A DNA stretch of 64,000 nucleotides from Octopus vulgaris (GCA_951406725.2 OX597822.1:113274001-113338000); one strand, 5' to 3'. Shown: positions 27,090 to 41,717, numbered from the stretch's first letter. Translations and numbers: made by a program. Notes: generated by a model from the sequence alone, not told the origin.

Positions 27090-27520
27090 TTTGACTACTT
27101 CTAATAATCTATACAACATTTTTATCTGCTTATTAACGTTAATGCAGGGCAAGAGATGTTTAGCAATTGCAACCCCCTTATGGCATCCAGTTTTATGGAA
27201 CCCCAAACCTGATTTTGGTTGACAAAGCCCTGACAAATTAGTGTTTTAGTTCCACTGTCACTTCTGCTGTTGTAGCTCGATGGTTCCTAAAGACAATACG
27301 TTTCGGTATTCTGCAGTTACACTCTGTAAACTTTGCCTTTCATCTAGAATTATGCTTGCTAGAGCTGGTTTGATCCTACTTTTGAAAAACCAACAAGGTT
27401 TTAGAGACTGCACCTCTCGAAACATTAAACAACTTAGCAGTTTCAGTGATTGAAACTCCAGTCATCCGCGCTCCTACGATTTGCTCTCTTTGGAAACGAG
27501 CTGGGTTACGCATTTTAACT
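27090..27520 (-). mobile_element. Tc1-like transposase N-terminal (HTH) pseudogene fragment
   Basis: FQREQIVGARMTGVSITETAKLFNVSRGAVSK and HKTGCHKGVAIAKHLL resemble Tc1 FQRGQIVGAR.AG.S....A....VSR.TVSK and H..G...R.A..KPLL. Confidence 0.8.
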
Positions 27521-27748
27521 AGTTTAAAAACTTGGAAAAAAAATTGTATATAGAGTTCGTATATCATAAAGTAGAAACCATACATAATGCATACAACCAC
27601 ATATATGCAGACTAGAATACTTTTGAATTTATGATGTTGCCAATAAAATAAATAGTTGAATAAAAATGAGAGACAGTTGTGACTTCATTATCTTTTGGTC
27701 GAACTTCTGTGAGTGAGAGTGAATGTATGTATGCGCGTGTGTGCGTGT

Positions 27749-27780
<32 letters not shown>

Positions 27781-28857
27781 ATACATACACACACACACAC
27801 ATATTGCATTTTCCATGCAATCAGTGCTACGTTCCTGAATAACTATATCAAGTTTATCAGAGTGGGTGTGGTGTAATAGATTAAATTGATCCAGTATTTT
27901 GTGAGCACTTGTTTTATCGACCGCAGAGAGATCAAACATAAACTAATTTGAACCCCGAATGTTACAAAGAAAACTGTAAACCATTTAGCTGGGCAATATT
28001 CTATTTCAATATCCTCCATCACTCCCTTCTCTGTAAATATTAACATTCCATTAAATAAGGCAATTTCCCTTATTTGAACAGGTGTTGTTTTCATAAAAAT
28101 CGTAGGAGACATAATAAATATGCTATTTACTAAGTATCGCTGTGGTGAGCTACGTCACCTTATTGCAGCATATATCTTTGCCCTATATATTTATTGGTCT
28201 AAGTCTATGTAATAAGTCTTTACTTAATCTTAGTATATTATATTTTCTTTGTCTAAATACGAACTCACTTTCTTTAATTCCAAGAAAATAATATATTTCC
28301 ATAAACCTACGCCGTTGTTATTGTAAGAGAATTTTTTTCATCTTAAACTTCCTTTATTACAAAATCCCAGTACAATTACAACCCTGTTACTCTTACTTTG
28401 AACTAGATTCTGTAAGACGCATTTTTGTATCCATTTTCCATCTGACCTAGAGGAATTTCATGTACGCATTCAGCGTAGAGCTAAGCGATCCTGCAGGGTT
28501 TATAGTTGCGAGGGTTAGCTACCTGCTAAATACATTAACGCTGTATGCTTGCTAATTTTTCTTTTCTTTCTTAAATAGCATCTTTGTCATCATTGCCATA
28601 GCCTCATCATTATTCTATACAGCATCTACCAGTGGTGATCGGCAGGTGGTTATAGGCTCCAACACTCTATACTTTTGTAAGGAAGACCAACAGGATAAAA
28701 ATTTTTCGTCGGAAAAAGTCTGGAGATATAGACAAAGGAGTTAGTGAATACAAATTAATCCTCCTTACTACCGCTCCTTCTCTAAATCTATCCTTTTATG
28801 TATATCTTTGTATTTCTATAAATTTGTTTTCTCACTAAATGCACCAACACACCAACT

Positions 28858-28940
<83 letters not shown>

Positions 28941-29429
28941 ATGTGTGTGTGTGTATAAAACCTCAACGACTGGAAAGTAATTAAGTATGTTATCAAACAT
29001 AAATTTTATCGAACTATCTCGTCTGATTCTAATATATATGGCTAGAAAATATGTTCTCCTAAACAAATCTGCACGTATTCAGCTAACAGAAATTTGGCGA
29101 GCTTAATAGTCAACCGACATCGATTCGTAACGGAACCATTTTCGCTTCATGTAATCTAGTAATTCATGAAATATAATAAACGTTCCAAAATCCTATTTCC
29201 TTCACTTGAAAATATACAGCAAACGAAATTGTCAGCTGAAATGTAAACTAACTCCTCACAATGAATCTGCTTATTTAAAAAATTCTGTTAGATATTCAGT
29301 TTCCCTCCGTCATAAACTAATAAATGAATATACAAAGAAGAGTATAAAAATGTAAAGAACAGCATTGATAAAGTTTTACAATCATTGACACTAAATATGT
29401 ATTTTTCAGAAAATGATATGCCTTACGAG

Positions 29430-29750
29430 TTACCGTAGATAGCAGGGCAGAGTTACTACGTCCTGCGTGTTGAAAGCAGAGGAATCTTTGTTGCGAAGGT
29501 CGCTGTAGGGGTTCAACAAGGGTTTGTCTCCTACAGATGTCTGTTGCTGTCATTGTCGCAGTTGGCAGCAGCGCCCCAGTATGACAGGAAGGAGTATCCA
29601 AGCTAGGAGACAAGTAGACCCGGAAACACTTCCGGTCGTCACCAACCCCGCTGTTTACGATAATTATCAGAGATGGTCGCGGAATTTAGTGTAGGAAACA
29701 AAAATGATTGATGTATGAAGTGGCTAGTGCGAACAGCGGTCACTGACGAA
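29430..29750 (-). other. Candidate first exon / promoter-proximal region of an unidentified host gene
   Basis: Non-repetitive, relatively GC/CpG-rich island; inverted pair of ETS-type CCGGAA sites (~29619-29636); ACAATGA start, 40 codons (MTATDICRRQ...), then CG|GTAACT donor-like site; no recognisable homology. Confidence 0.3.
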
Positions 29751-30023
29751 AAGAATGGAGTGCCACAGACAACGAAAAGAAATGGTAACTGTATTTGAAT
29801 CTAAAAATCTAGCTCCCACTTTTTATCGGACTCCCTCTCGCAACAATTCGCTCTAAGTCATTGTAAAATTTTAAATCTTCATATAGTAGACAGCCAAGAA
29901 TTACTTTTGTACTTAAAAAGGGGTGGAAAAACATTCATATTGTATAAACTGTTTGAAATATGAAACCTGTTGGATTATTTATGGAAATATATTTAGGGAT
30001 CACACACACACACACACAAACAC

Positions 30024-30102
<79 letters not shown>

Positions 30103-31763
30103 AAATAGTCGGTCAAACTACTGACTTATTCCTCGCAATACATGTCTTTTTGTTATTTTGGTTTACTCCACGACCAGAAAGCTATGAAATTTCGCCTGCT
30201 GAAATTTTAAAATATAATTATGCACACAAAACACTCACAACTATACATACTTACGTGTATGCGTGAGAGAGAAAGAGAGAAATCAATGAAGAGTAAGTTT
30301 TGCCGACCACTGCTACTATACCCTGTCCGATGTTATAGTTTGAAAACTGCCAAGCCTGATAGAAGGCGCAGACTCCTCAACCACATTGATGTTATTATGG
30401 CAGAGACAGAGAGCGTGAAATTCGGAATCTACCAAAATTAGCGAAACCCATCTCAGATGCGGTCACTTGAAGAAGAAATTAATAGAATTCTTTCCTAACC
30501 CTTATATACGCTTAATTCTCAGCCCCCTGTCGGGTGTGTTATTATTGGATTTAATTCAATTAATTCTGAGGAATAAATTTAACCAACATATTTTACATTG
30601 GCTCTCTTGTAAAACCAGGAGCAATTGTTTTAAACTTAAAAAAACTAAAATTAGAGAAACATTTCTAAAGAAATGATCGTTCCGTTTTACTGGGCATAAG
30701 AGTCCTACATTTTAGAGAATGTGATGTCCATGGCTTTCTCAAAGGAAATGGCTACGTACTTGAATTTAAATGGCATCAAACTAGAAATGAAAGCCTGTTG
30801 TTCAAGGATTCAATTCAAATGTGTTTACTCATGCCACTAGGGGCGCTCACTATACTTATCATTAAATAATATTCAAAGATAAGAAAATAAAACTACTCCA
30901 CAGCTTGACTTTCAAGAGCCTTCTAATACCCCCACCACCCACTCAGAATCGTGGGAGTGGTTTTCAGTCAGCCGCTTTTCAAAACAACTTTTAAAAATAG
31001 GAGGGGTTCACTGTAGGATCGGCGTCAGAATATACAGAAACAATTTGCTAAAGACTAACAAGTTGCTATGATACGTTTCTATAGTCTGTTTATGCGAGTC
31101 CACGTATACACGTGTTCGAATGTGTATGTTTGGTGTGTCTGTGTGTGCGTGCGCGTGTGTGTATATAATAAAACGATTTCATTTTCCATTTATTTTACAA
31201 TTATATCTGTTTATATATCAAAAATATTATGACTTTCTACCCTGTTAATCCGATAGTTTATTTTTATATAACTTTCAATATGTTTCCTATTTTGTGAAAA
31301 CAGCAGCCCGTCTTTAGAAGTATACACACGATTTTAAACGAACGTGAAACCTTGGAAGAATAGATCATTCAACGGTATTTGAAACTCCGTGCTAACTTTT
31401 TGAAGATATTAGTTTAATGAGGAATTTAATAACGACAGACAGCATGCCAATATAGACTGTCTAGAACCCGGCTTTTTAATCCGAGAGAATTCCCCCGAGA
31501 GGCGGGTTTCCCAGAGTTTCCGGGTGGGTATTGCGACCAGAGATTAAAAGTCTATCTAAATGTGCACCGCGAGTTCCTTTAATCAAACAGTTTAAAGTAG
31601 CTGACTTACAGACAGGCTAGCAACGGCTTCAAGAAAATATGCAAATAAATGTATACACGCAAATCCCTCAGGATATAATAAATCAAGAAAATCAACGATA
31701 CCAAAAATGCAACAACAAAAACAGTCAACATTGGTGAGAGAATACATATATATCATACTACTG

Positions 31764-31925
<162 letters not shown>

Positions 31926-32159
31926 TATCAAGTGATAAACACGAAACAGGGAGTAATATCACAGTCGACAACTGAGGAGGGGTTAGACTTCTTTTGGTAT
32001 TTTGTCCTGTACTTATCTCTCGTTGTGTTTACGTATTTTTCACTCGTTGGTGATGTCCTGTTCTTAATGTGTATTTTTCATTTATTATATATATATATAT
32101 ATATATATAGATATATATATATATCAATTGATATATATATATACATGTATGTGTGTGTG

Positions 32160-32550
32160 TGTATGTGTGTAAGAAATTATATAAGAAATTAAAGAAGGAA
32201 AATGCACACACTTTGCATAGTTTTAATATAATTTTTGATATATCTTATATAGTGTTTGTCGACCGGTTTCGCTTTCGCAAATCATGATAGACAGATATGA
32301 GTTGTGAGTGAGTGAATAAAAGAGAGAGAGGAGAAAGAGAGAAAAGAAAGGAATGGGATAGGTATGGGAAAGAATGAATGAGAGCGAAAGTAAAATAAAA
32401 TCAAAAACTAAAAAAATACAGATAAAGATAATATGCAAATATTATTCTTCGTAATAGTCGGTTCGGGGTGAGAGGTCAGGCGTTAAGGTTTTGGTAATTA
32501 AATAGATGGATTCTTGGTTCAGTGTGGTCAGTAAGAAAATTTAGTTCAGT
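32160..32550 (-). mobile_element. Penelope-like 3' end remnant with decayed hammerhead (32257-32289)
   Basis: - strand TLNQESIYLITKTLTPDL resembles the GIY-YIG tail (E...I....P.LN); then GC(GAAA)GC-GAAA-CCGG-TC-GACA with eroded core ATGATTT. Confidence 0.5.
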
Positions 32551-33826
32551 GGTCAGTGGGGATAGCTAAAAGTAGCTACCTAGCTAAAGGGAGTATATAT
32601 AGGATCAAAAATACAATTAAATAGATAAACGATAAAATTAAAGAATTGAAAATTAAAAATTAAAATTAAAATTAAAAAAAGACTATTGATGAAAAATTAA
32701 AATTAAAAAAAAATTATTGCAACTAGCTAGCTTCTACGATACTTACGTTGACAGAGAAGAAAAGAAAAAGAACGAACGTATATTGTAACGACCGTAATGC
32801 ATATAGGTGCACTAGAATTTATGTTTACATGTAGAGAACGCTTCGTATTGTTTATTTAGTAACTGTGGTGGATTATGAATTAATATTTGGAGGGCTTTTT
32901 TCAGGCAGAGTCCACACGTTGGGCGTTGGCCTTGGTATGGGACACCAGACTCTATTATGGCCCAGGATATCATATATGGTATTTTCTTATTTCATCAGAT
33001 GGTGTATGTGGTTGGCTAGAGACGTGTATTTGCTTTGCACCTCATATTTAAATGTACAATTAAATGGATAAAGGGTGAAAATGAAAGAATTACATATTAA
33101 AAAGGTTATAGATAAAAAATTAATTTTTTTTAAATATTAAAAAAGATTATTGTAGATAGCTAGCCCCTACAATGCTTATGTTGATAAGAAAAGAAAAAAA
33201 ACACTGAACCTATAAAAGAAAAAAAACGTACATATATTGTACGTATATTGTTATGCATATAGGCAAGTGTTATGTGTGTTGATTTTGGGCCTATGGAAGG
33301 ATCTAAAGGTGCACCAGAATTTATGTTTACACTAGCTTAAAAGCCGCCTGATAGGACGGCTTTTATGCTAGTATATAGCTCTGAAGCAACTGACCCTGAA
33401 TGGAAAGATCTGCAAACAGATCTCTGACTTGTTTCGCAAATTTGTTGCAATTGCTTCCTCCAGAGTCATATCCCAACGAGGATCCTGTTCGATGATCCCT
33501 AAACATTCTCTTTATTTTCTCTCCTTGTTTCTTCCTGATGCGACAGAGAAGTGCATAATCAACGACTGCTTTTAAGAAACCCTTGTTCATATTGTCAAGA
33601 AGGGAGGTCTTCCATATAATTACATGCACACTCACGAACACACACAGACGCACGCGCATACACACACGAAGCACACACACACACAAATATGTATGTATGT
33701 ATATGTATGTATATATATATATCTGTAAATGTAATATGTGACAATTATTCTACATTTACAGATGAATTCCTCTATTTACATAATATCGAGGTCTCTTTCT
33801 TTCTTTTGTTGTCTTACCATTTTTAC

Positions 33827-33895
<69 letters not shown>

Positions 33896-34226
33896 TATAG
33901 AGGCAAACAACACTCGCGCGCAGAAACATGATTATTTATAGCAATTATTATTTTGACAACTTAAAACTGCGTCAATGCCGGGAAATATGTGGTATAAAAA
34001 GAAATATAATTTTAATAAGAATAATCAAATTAAACGAATTAAAAATAGTATATTACAGTCGTGGGATTTTTCGGAATGGAAATTCGTTAGGGATGCAAAT
34101 GAGAGCGGCGGTGGGGGGGATGTTTTCATCGGAAGAAGATCAGTATCGAACAATTTTATTGGAAGTAGAGAGCGAGAGCGAGAGAGAGAGAGAGAAAGAG
34201 ATAGATAGATTGTTAGACAGACAGAC

Positions 34227-34316
<90 letters not shown>

Positions 34317-34337
34317 AATGGAACTAGACAGAGAGAT

Positions 34338-34583
34338 AATGGGCCGGTTCCCCACCTGGATGAGACGCCAGTCCGTCGCAAGTGAGCTGCAAGATGCAGG
34401 AGGAAAGCGTGAGAGAAAGTTGTGGCGAAAGAGTCAGCAGAAGTTCGCCATTACCTTCTACCGGAGCCGCGTGGAGCTTATGTGTTTCACTCATAAACAC
34501 ACACATCGCCCAGTCTGAGATTCGAACCCGCGATCCCTCGACCGCGAGTCCGCTGCTCTAACCACTAGGTCAAGTGCCTCCAC
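34338..34583 (-). mobile_element. tRNA-derived SINE (family C variant, V-domain-like end, 3' truncated)
   Basis: GTGGAGGCACTTGACCTAGTGGTTAGAGCAGCGGACTCGCGGTC...GGGTTCGAATCTC; GACGGACTGGCGTCTCATCCAG. Confidence 0.85.
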
Positions 34584-34920
34584 ACTTGGGTCTATGCATT
34601 GACAGTTCGGCCAATGCACCAACTCAACCACACATTTACAAACACCGGGAACTCAAAAAGACTTGTTGCTTGCTTTCTCAAGAACTTAAATAAAACTTTT
34701 TTAAAAAATACATAGATGATGATAGAGAAACAGACAGAAAGACATATACTAACATGTGCACACAAACTTTAGGGTTTGAGAAGGAAATTGAGAAACAGTT
34801 TCATCTGCACGCGTAGAATTTGCAGAGTGAGTTTGGACGAAACAAGACAGAAACAGCGAAACGGCTGGAGCAAGATCCATTACCCATATCCTGTCAACAG
34901 TTAACGGCATTTATTCTACA

Positions 34921-35318
34921 CTAGCAGTATCGCCCGGCGTTGCTCGGGTTTGTAAGGGAAATAACTATATAAGCATTTTTAGAGAGTTATAGCCAAAAAA
35001 TAGTAAAAAAATGCATTAAAAATGGAAAAAAAATGATGGTAAATTTTTTTTTAAATTGTTGACTCATCGTAGACATTTTTAGAGAGTTACTTCCCTTATA
35101 TAATAGCGAAAAAATGCATTAAAATAGAAAAAAATTATGGTAAATTTTTTTTAAATTCGTAGACTCATCGTAGACGCGCGCTAATACCCAGAAGGGCTCG
35201 ATATGAATCACGACTATAAGATACCCGGTTTTGGTTAAACTGCACCGCAAAATGTTGGAGTAGTTAGGAATCTAAATCGTAGGAGACAGACACACAACTT
35301 GACTTTTATATATAAAGA
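34921..35318 (-). mobile_element. Non-autonomous Helitron
   Basis: On - strand: A|TC start, subterminal hairpin CCCGAGC-AAC-GCCGGG, CTAG|T end, no TSD; internal ~100-bp duplication. Confidence 0.85.
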
Positions 35319-35348
35319 TTTCTATGACAGAGGTAAACATAATTAATA

Positions 35349-35722
35349 GCGTAGGAGTGGCTGTGAGATAAGTAACTTGCTTAACAAACCACATGGTTCC
35401 GGGTTCAGTCCCACTGCGTGGTACCTTGGGCCGATGTCTTCTACTATAGCCTCGGGCCAACCAAAGCCTTGTGAGTGGATTTGGTAGACAGAAACTGAAA
35501 GAAGCCTGTCGTAAATATGTATGTGTGTGTTTGTCCCCCACCATCGCTTGACAACCGATTGTGGTGTGTTTTACGTCCCCGTAACTTAGCGGTTCGGCAA
35601 AAGAGACCTATAGAATAAGTACTAGGCTTACAAAGAATAAGTCTTGGGGCCGATTTGCTCGACTAAATGCGGTGCTCCAGTATGACCACAGTCAAACGAT
35701 TGAAACAAGTAAAAGAGTAAGA
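35349..35722 (+). mobile_element. SINE family B, full length
   Basis: GCGTAGGAGTGGCTGTG..GTAAGT head, GGGTTCAGTCCC, tail GAAACAAGTAAAAGAG. Confidence 0.9.
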
Positions 35723-36262
35723 GAAAATAACAAGTGAAGATAGAGAAGGAAAAGTTGGTGTTAAAATGAGCGAAGGATTAAGTCTGTACGCCTCAGTTGG
35801 TCTGTATTAAGATCATTTTCAATAAGAACCTAATCCGCAAGTTCGAGCTCCTTGAGTTAGATTGCCTATTCCAGTGCATCTCCCTGGCCATCCTCTGAGG
35901 CAACACCTTTTCTATTTTGTCTGCTGGGACCATAAGATGGTCTGAATTACAAGAAATTGTACGTCCCACTTCATATAAATGGCTCATTTTATTTGATCGA
36001 ATGTTAAAATTTCTTAAAACGAATACTTAAGAAATCTGCATACGATGCCGATTCGTGTATTGTACATTGTACATTCGTGTATTGTACATTATGTTGAAAA
36101 TATCTGTTGTTAAATATAAATTAACAGCCCCATGGAATTAAGATTTGACTACGACAACTAAATTTGTGGTTAAAACTGGTGCCGATGGGTTAAAATCTAC
36201 CTTAAACCAACATGCACAAATATTCTCTCTCTCGCTTTTTACCTCCGTCCCTTCCTCCCTCC

Positions 36263-36372
<110 letters not shown>

Positions 36373-36393
36373 GTCTGTCTGTCTGTTTGTCTG

Positions 36394-36450
<57 letters not shown>

Positions 36451-37036
36451 TTCTATTTCTATCTCGGTCTCTGGTTCATTCAATCCCCTGGGGTTTCTGA
36501 TTTCTGTTTATCAATTTAAATATCTCTCAGACTATTTCACAAAATATTTATCTCAGACCATTATCCCGCCCAATTTGTTAATACATATAACTATAAAAGG
36601 TATGTGATATTTCTTTTCCTTCACTGCAAACACACTAATGAAAGAAAAAAATGACTATTAATTGGTTGGGTAACCGTTTATGTTAATGTAATTTGTATTT
36701 AAATGTCTTATGCCGTTTACTTTCAATCTCTTAATATCTTAAATTCTAACTTGATTGCCATAAAAATACCAATTATGTCTCCTCCAGCAAAAAATGTCTT
36801 TAGTTATCAATACTCCTTGTGATGTTTCACGAGTTGCGAGAATTCATTATTTTTTTGGTTTCTAAAAAACACTTATTACATATAACTATAACTTGCTCTC
36901 ATTAAAGGTAGTAAAGCGTAAACATTGGTGTTAGTTTACAAAGTTAAAGCTAAATTATCGTTCATGCTTCGGAAATTCTACAACTGTGGCGCCAGGCTTT
37001 AAGAAAATCTGTAAAAAATGATTTTGAGAAATTACA

Positions 37037-37097
<61 letters not shown>

Positions 37098-37895
37098 GAT
37101 ATATATATGCGTGTATATATATATATATATGTATATACATATATAGAATGCATACCAATTTTGATCTTATCTAAATAAAATTATTTCATTATTCCAGATT
37201 ACCCATAACATTATTCTGATTTTATAAATTCGTAAATGCTTTGCTTTTGAATATCTGCCACGATGATACTAATTCCACATCGACAACTTTAAATATTCTG
37301 TTAATCCTATCTAAATTGAAACACCATAGCGTTGCTATTCTGTTAAATTGTCGTATGTCCAAATTTGGCCACATGCGTTCTTTTCGATATTTATTTTTTC
37401 GTGCAATAACCGGTTCTTTTGGTAAAACTATCGTATTTCCAGCTACGATTTTGCTATGCAGTGATGAAACTATTTTTTCGTTTTTTGAAAAAGCAACGTG
37501 CTGGTCATAGACCCGAGTAAGTAAGGAGAGAAACTCACGTGGACAGTCCTAGAAACTGGTGCTTTAGTAATTAAATACATACATAGATGTATGTACTTAA
37601 TACGTATGGATATATGCATGTAAATGTCTGAGTATATGTACATGTGTGTGTGTATTTGTGTGTGTGCTTGTCTTTGCATTTGCCCTCCACTTGATCGTTG
37701 TGTTTGTTTACATCTCCGTAACTTAGTGGTACGGCAAAAGAGACTGACAGAACAAATACCAGGGCAAAAATGTCAGTAGTGGTGTCAATTCATTGGACTA
37801 AAAGTTCTTCAAGACTGTGTCCCAGCATGACTGCAAACCAATTCCTGAATGACCAAACAAGTAAAAAAAAAGGCATGTATGTAAATCTCTTAACT

Positions 37896-38201
37896 TCCTT
37901 AAAAAACGGAAAACGTCGCCCTTTTCAAGCCTAGCCAGGCTCATGGGCCCGGTTTACCGGTTTCTGTGGCATATGTGTTCCCCCCAGCAGGACGAGACGC
38001 CGGTCCATCGCAGCGTTACTCAAGAAAAAGGAAGAGAGAGTGAGAGTACAACAGGGGTCACCACCACCCCCTGCCGGAGCCTCGTGGAGCTTTTAGGTGT
38101 TTTCGCTCAATAAACACACATAACGCCCGGACTGGGAATCGAAACCGCGATCCTCCGACCGCGAGTCCGCTGCCCTAACCACTGGGCCATTGCGCCTCCA
38201 C
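37896..38201 (-). mobile_element. tRNA-derived SINE, chimeric family C variant, 9-bp TSD
   Basis: 5' part matches 38417; 3' part matches 12990-13100; TSD CTCTTAACT at 37887-37895 and 38201-38209. Confidence 0.85.
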
Positions 38202-38416
38202 TCTTAACTCTCCATACAAATACCAAACATCATACTCTTAAGAACGAAACGGCGAAAATATTTTACTGAATGTAAAAGTTTGGCTATCTCCTTGGCATTC
38301 AGACTTTGGCCTATATTCCTTATATATCTGTTGAATAGCAAGTCACATTTTATATATTCGTTGGTATTAAAGTAAGGATGCTTTAGTAACGATTCTGTTG
38401 AAGTTTATACATAAAA

Positions 38417-38808
38417 TGGAGGCGCAATGGCCCAGTGGTTAGGGCAGCGGACTCGCGGTCATAGGATCGCGGTTTCGATTCCCAGACCGGGCGTTGTGAG
38501 TGTTTATTGAGCGAAAACACCTAAAGCTCCACGAGGCTCCGGCAGGGGATGGTGGTGATCCCTGATGTACTCTTTCACCACAACTTTCTCTCACTCTTAC
38601 TTCCTGTTTCTGTTGTACCTGTATTTCAAAGGGCCGGCCTTGTCACTCTCTGTGTCACGCTGAATATCCCCGAGAACTACGTTAAGGGTACACGTGTCTG
38701 TGGAGTGCTCAGCCACTTACACGTTAATTTCACGAGCAGGTTGTTCCGTTGATTCGGATCAACCGGAACCCTCATCGTCGTAACCGACGGAGTGCTTCCA
38801 TTCCATCC
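38417..38808 (+). mobile_element. tRNA-derived SINE family C, full length, 11-bp TSD
   Basis: A box TGGCCCAGTGG, B box GGTTTCGATTCC; TSD ATACATAAAAT at 38407-38417 and 38809-38819; near-identical to 56449-56834. Confidence 0.92.
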
Positions 38809-38949
38809 ATACATAAAATAAAGTGTAGAGAAAATAAGCTAACATTAGAAAACGTAATTCCGTAAATATTTGATGGGATAAAACTTTAATCCGTTTAAAA
38901 ATCTATTTTATTTATTTTTCGCTTCATTATTTAATGACACAGAGTTTTG

Positions 38950-39620
38950 TTGACATCTGTCTCGAGAGGTGATGGAGATCTGAGCCCCAACTCTGTCAGG
39001 ATTTTGAGCTGCAGCACTCGATGTGAAAGTATAGGTTAATCCTACAGTGACATGCCTTGTGACAGCTTCTGGTGGTTAAAGTTGTAAATGGCTGTGGTGG
39101 TTTCTGTGTCAGTTTTTGACGTCAGCGATTATTTTCCTCCTACTGTTCAAGTATCTTCTTATCGCTCCTTAACATATCTATTATATATATCTATATTTGC
39201 TGCGTCTACTGTCAAGGTTTCCCAGTTTGCTAAGTTGATATCGGACATCTTTAATTCGGCTGCCTTCCATTCGAGCGAACTGAACAAGCAGTACAATGTC
39301 ATTTTGTGTAAGATCAGCAAGTAGAGTAAGGATTTCCGTTCTTTAAGGTCAGTCCTGCTATTTGATACCCAGAATGCATCTCAAGTTGTGCAAATATAAA
39401 GCCTTCTGTCGGTAGTCCTTGTGTGAGTGTGGTGTCCATAATTCAGTCATACACTAAAGTGGAGTGTACGCAGAACTTGTAGACTTAGTATATACTGTTG
39501 TGGTAATTCGTAAAAAATATTCTACTACATCCAGCTCCGATGCTGAGCAACCAATGTTGTCACCTTACCAATGTGTATATTGAATTCGATCAATAAGAGA
39601 TATCTTTCTGTTCTCATTTT
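38950..39620 (-). mobile_element. RTE LINE 3' fragment, degenerate
   Basis: HIGKVTT...VYKFCVHSTLVY resembles RIGKA.....VY..CV.STLLYG; RTE-like terminal CCATCACCTCTCGAGACAGA. Confidence 0.55.
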
Positions 39621-41509
39621 GTGTATATCTATTCCTATTTTCTAAGGCAGACGGAGGTTCACAGGTAAATGAGAGAATTCATTATAGAGGGGTTGAAATT
39701 AAGTGACCAGGCTTATGTAGAAGAGCTCTGCATAAGCTTGTCCACCCACTGGTGTGAAAATAGATGCACACAAAATAATGCTTTACATAGATACATACCA
39801 GCAGTTAGGCTGTTTTTTTTTGTTTTGTATATTGGTTTTTGTGTAAACATAAATGATATTCTTGGATAATATTTTTGAAAGCAATTTATATATTACTGCC
39901 AGAAAAATAATTAGGTACTAGTTAGATGAACCATGTACTGTATTATTCTTTCCTTCGAGGTAGGATCATCGATGCCTTACCAACAGTCTAGGTTCATACA
40001 GTACAGAGTATCAGCTCTGATCCAGAAATCCTAAAGCATTGAGATTGACGGTGATACTACAGAATTTCATCCACATTTCACTTTTCCCACTTGTACCATA
40101 TCTCAGGGCCATGCTCAGGGCTACGTCACACCACTCTGTGATGAAAAGTATGAGGTGCAGTATGGAAGTCGAGATATTTTACAGTATCTTACTTGTTCAG
40201 TCTATTTCTGAATTCCCGTAGATCCTTGTGTGATGATCTCACAAGAAAGTTTCTCTTCCTCTGTACTTCTTAATCTATCCCAGTTCAGTGTTTGAGATCA
40301 ATGAGGTTATTGATACTGCTCCAGTTTCTGTATTTTCTTTCATGTTTGTCTGAGGTGGCATTTGTTTTAGGGTGCTATTTTGGTAAGATATTTATTATAG
40401 AGTGCACTACACGCAACTAGATGTTTGCAGGTATGCCTTTTATGTAGTGACAAAAACTGTAGGGTTTTAAGCTTTCTATGCTCATTGCATGTCTAGGTAG
40501 TCTTTCAGCTTAAGCATTTTTACTTCTTTGTATAAGTGGTCAGTGTGTGTGTGGCTTGTGTAGAAACTGCGATTATGCACAGTCCGCTGTTTGATGTACT
40601 TTTGTCGTTCATTTTCTTGCAGGATTCATGCACGACTGTGTAGTTCATGGCGGATTCAAATAGTAATTCTATTAAAGCAGGCTAGACAGTAAAATACACA
40701 TCTTACAGAGTAACAGGTAGGTTTACGACTCAAGAAGTACTTAGTGACACAGTTGAAACCTCATGTCACTGTTTCGTTTTCACACACATACAAACATCCA
40801 CACACACAAAACACTAAAAAATGACACGAAAGGTGTGAACACGAGTCGACATAGTGAAGAGGTACCCTGGGTGCAATGATGGGTAAACCAGTCATTCATG
40901 GCAATAAAGTGTTTCATATTCAACTAATTTAATAGGGAGTCATTCGGTACGGCGTCTCCCAGTCTTTGTAAAGACCAAGCGTATAGATTATTCTCTGTGG
41001 AGTTTGGCTGTAAACAAAGAGTACTTGGAATTTCAAAACTTATAAACGCCATACTATTAGAGATAAACAAATGTCTGTTTTAGAACAGACCATTGGTCTG
41101 AGGAATTAAAGGATTCGGCATTGGAATCAAATGTTTCTGTGTTTATGTTCGTCTTTGTGTGTTTGCCCTCGTGTCTGTCTATGCGATTGTTTATTGAAAA
41201 CTCTATAACTTACGTTGTTATTGATGATGCTGGTCTTCACATTGACTAAAATTGACCAGACCTAGTACCTAAGACACTTCAACCATGTCCATCCAATCTA
41301 TGTCTGGGACTACATTATCCAAAAATGTAGACTTTTACTAAGACAGTATGGAAACTTTGCAGCTATTTCTAGCAAGTTGAGAGACCACATAATGGCATCC
41401 TCACTGGCTCGAGCTCGAAATTTTCCCTATCACTGTTTATATCTCTGTCACAGTTAAAGCCTGAGTCTCATCATCCCCTACTTGCCTGATCTCTCTCATG
41501 CAGCACACG

Positions 41510-41560
<51 letters not shown>

Positions 41561-41685
41561 GAGAAAGAGAGAAAGAGATAGAGAGAGGAGAGAGCGATTA
41601 ACAGACAGAGAGAAAGGCATACCATGTGTAATAATCTAATATATCTAAGTGTGTGTGGTGTATATTGTGCGTATATATGCAAACG

Positions 41686-41717
<32 letters not shown>

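Noticed and set aside
31465-31530. Cluster of NF-kB-like sites (GAGAATTCCCC, GGGTTTCCC)
   Set aside because: Short motifs expected by chance; no confirmed gene to link them to
38417-38492. tRNA gene (also heads at 12854, 26503, 34510-34583, 56760-56834)
   Set aside because: A/B boxes are present but run directly into SINE bodies with TSDs; no clean acceptor stem or oligo-T terminator
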